The translations under genes were made by a program, and so were the position numbers. Under the pieces are notes generated by a model. The model saw only the letters and a program-made list of their open reading frames with translations. It searched no databases and had not been told where the DNA came from. Positions 26,625 through 32,000 of a DNA stretch of 32,000 nucleotides are shown here, one piece after another (the stretch's first letter is position 1; every line of letters begins with the position of its first letter). Source of the stretch: Aciduliprofundum boonei T469. Its GTDB lineage: Archaea > Thermoplasmatota > Thermoplasmata > Thermoplasmatales > Aciduliprofundaceae. Location of the stretch: the NCBI RefSeq assembly GCF_000025665.1, contig NC_013926.1, forward strand, positions 1 through 32,000, given 5' to 3'.

Positions 26625-29600
26625 TCAGAGTTTGTTTCTTTTCTCCCTCCATGATGCCCACATATATAGGAATGTTGGAAGTATGAACACTGAGAGAACA
26701 AAGCTGTATAGAATTGAGAGTGCGGCAATTTCCCCAAACTGCTGTATTGGAGGCATTGAAGATAACATCAAAGTTCCAAATCCCGCCATAGTGGTAGCAG
26801 CAGCACCGAATATAGATGTACCAGTATGTCTAACCGTTTTCTTCACTGCATCTTCTATGCTCTTCTCTCTCTCCCAATCTTCCAAGAATCTGTGAGTTAT
26901 ATGAATTGCATAGGTAATTCCAAGACCTATCGTCAAAGAGGTTATGGTAACTGTTACTACATTGAAATTTATGCCCAAAGCATACATGCTTCCAAGAAGC
27001 CAGAGTAGAGCTAACACAACAGGAATCGATGTTATTAATCCAAGAATCCAGCTCCTTTTCTCGTACAAGAACACTATTGTAAGGACTATTAGGGATGCAA
27101 TCACCGTTATCATCAGAGAGCGCCATTGGCTACCCTCTAGCATATCAAGAATGTGGAATGTGAGAAGATTTGTACCAGTGGGTATGGCCTTCAATCCCGC
27201 ATCTTTCAGAGGCTGAATATCCTCATCTATCTCTTTCGTAAGTATCTTATTTTCCTTGTCGTTGCTTGCAGAGCTGCGAATTATGATGAGCATTGAATCA
27301 TATGTGCCATTGCTCTTATGAAGTATTGATTTCCCATTTGCGTTCTCGTACAGCCAGTCATATATTGCCTTGATATTTTTATCTGGTAAACCATCTCCAT
27401 TTGTATCGTTACCACTCACCATCTTCGCAAATGTGCTATTCTTCTCTTTCCACTCAGAGATAAGAGTAGTAATGCTTGAAGATTGAGAATAATCAACATA
27501 ATCATCATCTTTCAGATTTTGCATGGTTGCCTGGACTGCTTTCAAAGCCGAAGGTGAAGTGATATTTCCTTCAATGAGAACATAATTATCACTCATTCCA
27601 GAGGCGTTAAAATGATCCATCATAAAGTTTATAGTATCAGTTATCTCTAAATTCTGCGGTAGAAAATCCTTCAAATCAAATGTGGTGTTAACATTCATTC
27701 CTCCGTAAATAGCCACGCCACTTATGAGCAAAACTGCCGCGATAACTGCAATTCTGTGATGCTCCGCTGCCATTGCACTCAAAGCCATAAATTTATTCAG
27801 TACTATAAGTCCTGAGCCCTCTCTTTCTTTCTCTTTCTTTATCTTCAATTTTCCCTTCTTTTCTCTGCGTTCATCAATAAGTATTTTCATCGCCGGAATC
27901 GCTGTTGTGAATATTACGAACGCGCCAAATATACCTACAGCATTCATTATTCCAAAATCACTAACTGGAGGGATAGGCGAGGAAACATTTGAAAGGAACG
28001 CTATTATTGTAGTGATCGTTGCTAAAATAAGACCCATCCCCAAATGAGTTATCATCTCGTTCATGGCATCTCTTACCTTTCTACCCTTTCTCAGTTCTTC
28101 TCTATAACGCAAAATAGTATGTATGGCATAATCTATACCCAATCCAACCAAGAGAACCGCTACAGTGGTGCTTATCTGATTGAAGTTGTAATTCATTATA
28201 ACTCCAAATCCATATGCCCAGGATATGGCCATCCCCAGACCCAGTATACCAAGGAGTGTATCAACTATGCTTCTGAATGTTATGAGAAGAATGACAATAA
28301 CAAGTATTATCGCTATTGGAAATATGACATTCATCGTTTCATTGGAGGTCTTCTCCGTTGCCTGTGAAATTAGATAAGTACCCATTACCATAACTTTGCT
28401 AGAGATATCCGATTCCTTTGCTATGCTTTCAACTCTCTCCTCTAAAGCTTCCATTCTCTTACTATGCTGGGCATCACTCTCTCCGGGTAATCTGGTGTCA
28501 TTGAGCATAACGATGAGCATTGCTGCCTTCGCAGTTTTACCATTAAAATCTTTAGAAAACATAGTTTTTAATTGTCCTGAGAATCTGTGCATCATATAGG
28601 TAAATCCACTCATATGCGGCAAATTTGAAGATAAGGAATCTAGGGCATTAGAAGCCGCAGATATATTCGCGTGAAGTTGCGTATACATTTTGAGCATGTT
28701 GCTAACATTATAGTCCCCAGTGGTGGAATAAACAAACTCCATATTATTTACTAACTTTTCTATATCGTTTGCAAAACTGCTCATGTTGGCACTTGCATTT
28801 TCCACTATTGGTATTGTGGAATTAACGGTATTCATAAACTCTGATGCATTGTAATTTTCAATGCTTGAAACAGTTTTGGTTATGTCTTCATAACTCATAT
28901 TTTTGAGTATATTCTTTTTCTCCGCATATGATGGATTTAAATTAGGCAATTTGATACTTGGAGAGGAGGGCATTGAAGGCATCTCTCCTTCATATCCCTT
29001 TCCTATTTTCATCATTCCCATTATGGTTAGGTACATACTCTGTATCTCCTCTTTATACTTAGGAGCGACATTGGAATCAAAAGCATGCTTTAAAGAATAA
29101 AATATCGTAAAATCACCCATATTCCCTCCTTGAGCTCCTTCATTCATCATTTGAAGGGTGAACACAAAAATATTCATAGCGTAGTCTGCCACATTTGAGT
29201 TGTACAAAACATAATCTAAATCAGAGAGCATCTGTGTGTACCAGCGATAGTATGGTGTGTCCATGGCACCCATAGCATTCTCTATAAACTCCTTCTGCTT
29301 CTCCAACTCCGCATTAGCATTTTTCAAATATCCTATGAGATACTCAATATGTGCAGTTGTATTTCCTACAGGAGCATAATTTATTTCCATCTTTATACTC
29401 GTTAAAGAATTATTAAGCATAATGGCTCCTTGATAATTCTGCAAGAATCCCTGCACCGCTGGAAGCGTTGAATTTGCCTCGTATAAAAGATCATAAGATA
29501 TGTAATTGCTCTGTGTCCACTGATTCAATGTATCATACAAAATTTGTAGCATATTTTTAAACTCTCCAGAAGATATGGTAAGCATAGCAGATGTATTCTC

Positions 29601-30704
29601 TTTCAAACTCTCTACATCCTGTGGTGTCAGTGTTCCCATTTTGAAATCGTAGAGAAACTTTGAGAGTGAATTGTTAAATGAATAATAATATGGGTACGCA
29701 AAAGACATATGGGCAATATTCGAAGATACACCTTCAATCGTTTTATTCATTATGTATAAAGCGGTGGCATTGTCCCCACTCATAATACTACCTTTCACCA
29801 TATTCAAAGCATTTATAAGCTGATTATTTCCATCTATGGCTGAATTTATAGAGGAGAGCGAGTAATCCAACGAACTTTCCGTAAAAGTATTTGTGAGAGA
29901 GAAATAATGCACAGAGATACTCTTATTCTCCAAGCTCATATTTGAAAGTATATCCTCCACAAAATATTTGAACAACGGATTCATACTTTCATTTCCGAGT
30001 GTTGAATTTCCCAAAGGAGGAGTGAGCATAGTCAATACCTTCGATTTTACAGAGAAATTATTAGATTGGGTAAGCACATAGGTCAAATTCTGCAAAAGTG
30101 GCTCAATCTTACCCATACCAGTTTCATTTGAAGATGGTTTAGAGAACATCAAAAGAACTATGTCTTTTGCATCATCTCTTATATCTGTAGCATTTTCGTA
30201 AATATCCCTGTAATCACTCATAACAGAGTTCATCATCCTCATGGGTATAAGGGCAACTGTGAAATTAAGACCCTTCATCTCAGCGCTCATATTTTTAAGC
30301 AATTCAGTAAGTTTATTTTCAAAATTAAGAGTTATATTACCCATTATAATGATATCCGCGGGGGATATTATACTCTCGCTCGGAGAGTTTGGAGTTCTCA
30401 AATTCTTGGATATAATGCTATCATTTTGCAAATTCTCCTCAATTGTAAGCATATCCATCAAGGATGATTTAGAAAGCGTGTTATTTGATACAACTATAAC
30501 CTGAACAATATCCGTATCACCGAAATTCTCACTCACTTTCATCTGGGCCTTAACCATTTCATCATTTGGAAGGAAAGTACTAAGATCTGCACTCATCTGC
30601 ATCTGGGCAGTATAGAATCCAAATATGGATGTTATGAGAAGTATTACTATTATCGTAGCCACGGGCCTCTTACTTACCAAATTTCCAAGAGCTCTCAACT
30701 CCAT
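26625..30704 (-). CDS. MMPL/RND-superfamily exporter (COG1033-type, 12 TM) with a greatly expanded first extracytoplasmic loop
   Basis: Two TM bundles carry the family signatures LLVGLGIDYAIHTILRYREE and LTIGLGITYAIHITHRFLED. Start set to ATG 30704 (SD AAGGTGG at 30710-30716) rather than the GTG at 30713. The first loop is about 750 aa, the second about 180 aa. Confidence 0.85.
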   Translation of the reverse strand: MELRALGNLVSKRPVATIIVILLITSIFGFYTAQMQMSADLSTFLPNDEMVKAQMKVSENFGDTDIVQVIVVSNNTLSKSSLMDMLTIEENLQNDSIISKNLRTPNSPSESIISPADIIIMGNITLNFENKLTELLKNMSAEMKGLNFTVALIPMRMMNSVMSDYRDIYENATDIRDDAKDIVLLMFSKPSSNETGMGKIEPLLQNLTYVLTQSNNFSVKSKVLTMLTPPLGNSTLGNESMNPLFKYFVEDILSNMSLENKSISVHYFSLTNTFTESSLDYSLSSINSAIDGNNQLINALNMVKGSIMSGDNATALYIMNKTIEGVSSNIAHMSFAYPYYYSFNNSLSKFLYDFKMGTLTPQDVESLKENTSAMLTISSGEFKNMLQILYDTLNQWTQSNYISYDLLYEANSTLPAVQGFLQNYQGAIMLNNSLTSIKMEINYAPVGNTTAHIEYLIGYLKNANAELEKQKEFIENAMGAMDTPYYRWYTQMLSDLDYVLYNSNVADYAMNIFVFTLQMMNEGAQGGNMGDFTIFYSLKHAFDSNVAPKYKEEIQSMYLTIMGMMKIGKGYEGEMPSMPSSPSIKLPNLNPSYAEKKNILKNMSYEDITKTVSSIENYNASEFMNTVNSTIPIVENASANMSSFANDIEKLVNNMEFVYSTTGDYNVSNMLKMYTQLHANISAASNALDSLSSNLPHMSGFTYMMHRFSGQLKTMFSKDFNGKTAKAAMLIVMLNDTRLPGESDAQHSKRMEALEERVESIAKESDISSKVMVMGTYLISQATEKTSNETMNVIFPIAIILVIVILLITFRSIVDTLLGILGLGMAISWAYGFGVIMNYNFNQISTTVAVLLVGLGIDYAIHTILRYREELRKGRKVRDAMNEMITHLGMGLILATITTIIAFLSNVSSPIPPVSDFGIMNAVGIFGAFVIFTTAIPAMKILIDERREKKGKLKIKKEKEREGSGLIVLNKFMALSAMAAEHHRIAVIAAVLLISGVAIYGGMNVNTTFDLKDFLPQNLEITDTINFMMDHFNASGMSDNYVLIEGNITSPSALKAVQATMQNLKDDDYVDYSQSSSITTLISEWKEKNSTFAKMVSGNDTNGDGLPDKNIKAIYDWLYENANGKSILHKSNGTYDSMLIIIRSSASNDKENKILTKEIDEDIQPLKDAGLKAIPTGTNLLTFHILDMLEGSQWRSLMITVIASLIVLTIVFLYEKRSWILGLITSIPVVLALLWLLGSMYALGINFNVVTVTITSLTIGLGITYAIHITHRFLEDWEREKSIEDAVKKTVRHTGTSIFGAAATTMAGFGTLMLSSMPPIQQFGEIAALSILYSFVLSVFILPTFLYMWASWREKRNKL

Positions 30705-30736
30705 GCCAACCACCTTATTGAGAGTATTTAGAGCAG

Positions 30737-30828
30737 ATATTTAAATTTTTGGAATTACATAACCAAATTTATCAATATTTTTAACTTATAATAACATTTT
30801 ATTGCTTTTTTTGGAAATTTTTATATAT
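30737..30828. promoter_or_regulatory. Divergent promoter region: TATA-like atttaaatat (30737-30746, minus strand, MMPL gene) and tttatatat (30819-30827, plus strand, regulator gene)
   Basis: A 137-nt AT-rich intergenic region. The plus-strand TATA is about 27 nt from ATG 30851 (leaderless). The minus-strand TATA is about 35-40 nt from ATG 30704. Confidence 0.4.
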
Positions 30829-30850
30829 CAATTTTCCCATATCCTGTTCT

Positions 30851-31888
30851 ATGAAACTCAATGATGTTGAGAAGAGAATCATCTGTGCCCTGTGTAAAAA
30901 TCCCGATATGTCGGCGAGAGAACTTGCAGAATTTTTAGATTTAAATTATTGGACAGTATACAAAAGCATTAATAAGATGAGGGGAAAAGGAATATTCAAA
31001 GAAACAATAATTCCAAATTTTAAAGCCCTTGGATTTGAGCTTTTAGTTATTGGATATGGAAGTTTAACAAAAAAGAAGATGGACGTGCTACAAGAGGTCA
31101 AAACTCTAAAAACGAATCTTAAATTCTCTTCTGGTGTATTTTATTCATTTGCGGAATCTTACAGAGGATTCGTGCTCGCCGTGTCCAAGAACTATACAGA
31201 GGTTGTAAAGGGATTGATTTATGCAGAGAGATTGATTCGTGTTAGGGAATTTCTTAAAGGGGAGAACACAGAGATGGTAATACTGCCCTTTGAAATAACA
31301 GAAATTCCATTATTTTTTGATTATTCAAATCTCATATGCAAAGAATTCAAGTTGGATTTAGAAAAGAGAGGTGAGAGGAAGGAAAGAATGAAAAAACTCA
31401 GTATGAAAAATGCTAAAGTCATGATGGAGATTGTTAAGAATCCCGAAGCAAAAATTTTACATATTGCCAAGAGATTAAATATGGCTCCCCAAAGTGTCTC
31501 AAAAATCAAAGATAGATTATTTGCAGAAGGTTATGTATCTAAAAAAATAATCCCAAACCTTCCCTTGCTTGGATACGATGTGCTGGTATTCGCTCACTGG
31601 AATTCAAATCCAGAAGTTATGGAAAAAATGCAAAATATAAAAATAGAGGCTCTCGGATATGACATGTCAAATGTAATCTTTACGGCTTACAATTCCCTCG
31701 AAGGTGTTGCCATAGCACCTTTCAAATCCCTTAAAGAGAGCAGAGATATAGTATCTTTCTTTGAAAATTTCGGTGAAGAGACCGGAGTGCTAACTAAAGA
31801 GCCAAATATCCTATTTCTTTCACTTCAAGAGGGAGTTGCAATGCGGGATCACGAGTACTATCCAATTTTAGCCTCAATTTTTAAGTAG
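30851..31888 (+). CDS. Transcription regulator with two tandem Lrp/AsnC- or MarR-like winged-HTH modules
   Basis: 345-aa ORF with an internal duplication. Module 1 is EKRIICALCKNPDMSARELAEFLDLNYWTVYKSINKMRGKGIFKETIIPNFKALGFELLVIGY. Module 2 is AKVMMEIVKNPEAKILHIAKRLNMAPQSVSKIKDRLFAEGYVSKKIIPNLPLLGYDVLVFAH. Confidence 0.75.
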   Translation: MKLNDVEKRIICALCKNPDMSARELAEFLDLNYWTVYKSINKMRGKGIFKETIIPNFKALGFELLVIGYGSLTKKKMDVLQEVKTLKTNLKFSSGVFYSFAESYRGFVLAVSKNYTEVVKGLIYAERLIRVREFLKGENTEMVILPFEITEIPLFFDYSNLICKEFKLDLEKRGERKERMKKLSMKNAKVMMEIVKNPEAKILHIAKRLNMAPQSVSKIKDRLFAEGYVSKKIIPNLPLLGYDVLVFAHWNSNPEVMEKMQNIKIEALGYDMSNVIFTAYNSLEGVAIAPFKSLKESRDIVSFFENFGEETGVLTKEPNILFLSLQEGVAMRDHEYYPILASIFK

Positions 31889-32000
31889 TTCGATAGCCAT
31901 ATTTACCTCAAATGCCACACCGTAAATAAGGGCACTCTCATCCACATTGAATCTTGGATTGTGATGTGGATAGATTATTCCCTTCCCCTCGTTTCTAGTA
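31874..32000 (-). CDS. 3' end (last 41 codons) of an M20-family amidohydrolase/aminoacylase-like gene, truncated by the window edge
   Basis: My own minus-strand translation gives ..TRNEGKGIIYPHHNPRFNVDESALIYGVAFEVNMAIELLKN*. The HHxPxFxxDExAL..G motif is typical of M20D C-termini. It is not in the ORF track because it is too short. It overlaps the regulator gene convergently by 15 nt. Confidence 0.45.
   Translation of the reverse strand, partial: TRNEGKGIIYPHHNPRFNVDESALIYGVAFEVNMAIELLKN

Noticed and set aside
26467-26686. Two about 65-aa ORFs (26467..26661 minus strand, 26474..26686 plus strand) around the alba upstream region
   Set aside because: They overlap the alba CDS, promoter and SD and the MMPL 3' end in other frames. 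Their composition is biased and they have no start-site signals.
30737-30775. Possible operator palindrome tttgg-N10-ccaaa between the MMPL and regulator genes
   Set aside because: The arms are only 5 bp in a very AT-rich spacer, so a chance occurrence is likely. It is not reportable without binding data.

Overview
Archaeal chromosomal window. The protein-coding DNA is AT-rich and is interrupted by one strongly GC-rich 23S rRNA gene, a thermophile signature. Promoters are archaeal TATA-like, several transcripts look leaderless, and operon-internal genes have strong GGAGGTGA-type Shine-Dalgarno sites. Gene content looks euryarchaeal. A stand-alone 23S gene recalls lineages with dispersed rRNA genes such as Thermoplasmata/DHVE2-like groups, but I cannot assign the organism. 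Gene order: orc1/cdc6 starting 53 nt into the window; type I signal peptidase; a tightly coupled aIF5A-agmatinase pair; a five-gene Epd/Tad-like type IV filament operon (one pilin-like gene, two paralogous FlaI-type ATPases, and a platform split into two single-domain genes); a convergent 1503-aa surface protein with CARDB-like modules and a cytoplasmic triple zinc-ribbon and K/E-rich tail; an unlinked 23S rRNA flanked by a canonical bulge-helix-bulge processing stem; a Trm5/Taw2-family tRNA methyltransferase; a polytopic membrane protein plus a transglutaminase-like protein; a restriction-endonuclease-like/PepSY-like protein; small membrane and Zn-finger proteins; a 1233-aa surface protein (cytoplasmic HhH+TPR, TSP3-like Ca sites, BNR propeller, PEF-CTERM-like tail); Alba; a 1359-aa MMPL/RND-type exporter with a giant first loop; a duplicated wHTH regulator; and the 3' end of an M20-type amidohydrolase. 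I recognised no CRISPR array, transposase, integrase, tRNA, 16S or 5S gene. Two things most deserve a second look. One is the dual-ATPase, split-platform pilus locus with its neighbouring giant protein. The other is the 23S gene: its helices carry clearly compensated changes, yet several normally invariant unpaired peptidyl-transferase and exit-tunnel nucleotides (E. coli 2062, 2503, 2555, 2571/2572) are substituted.
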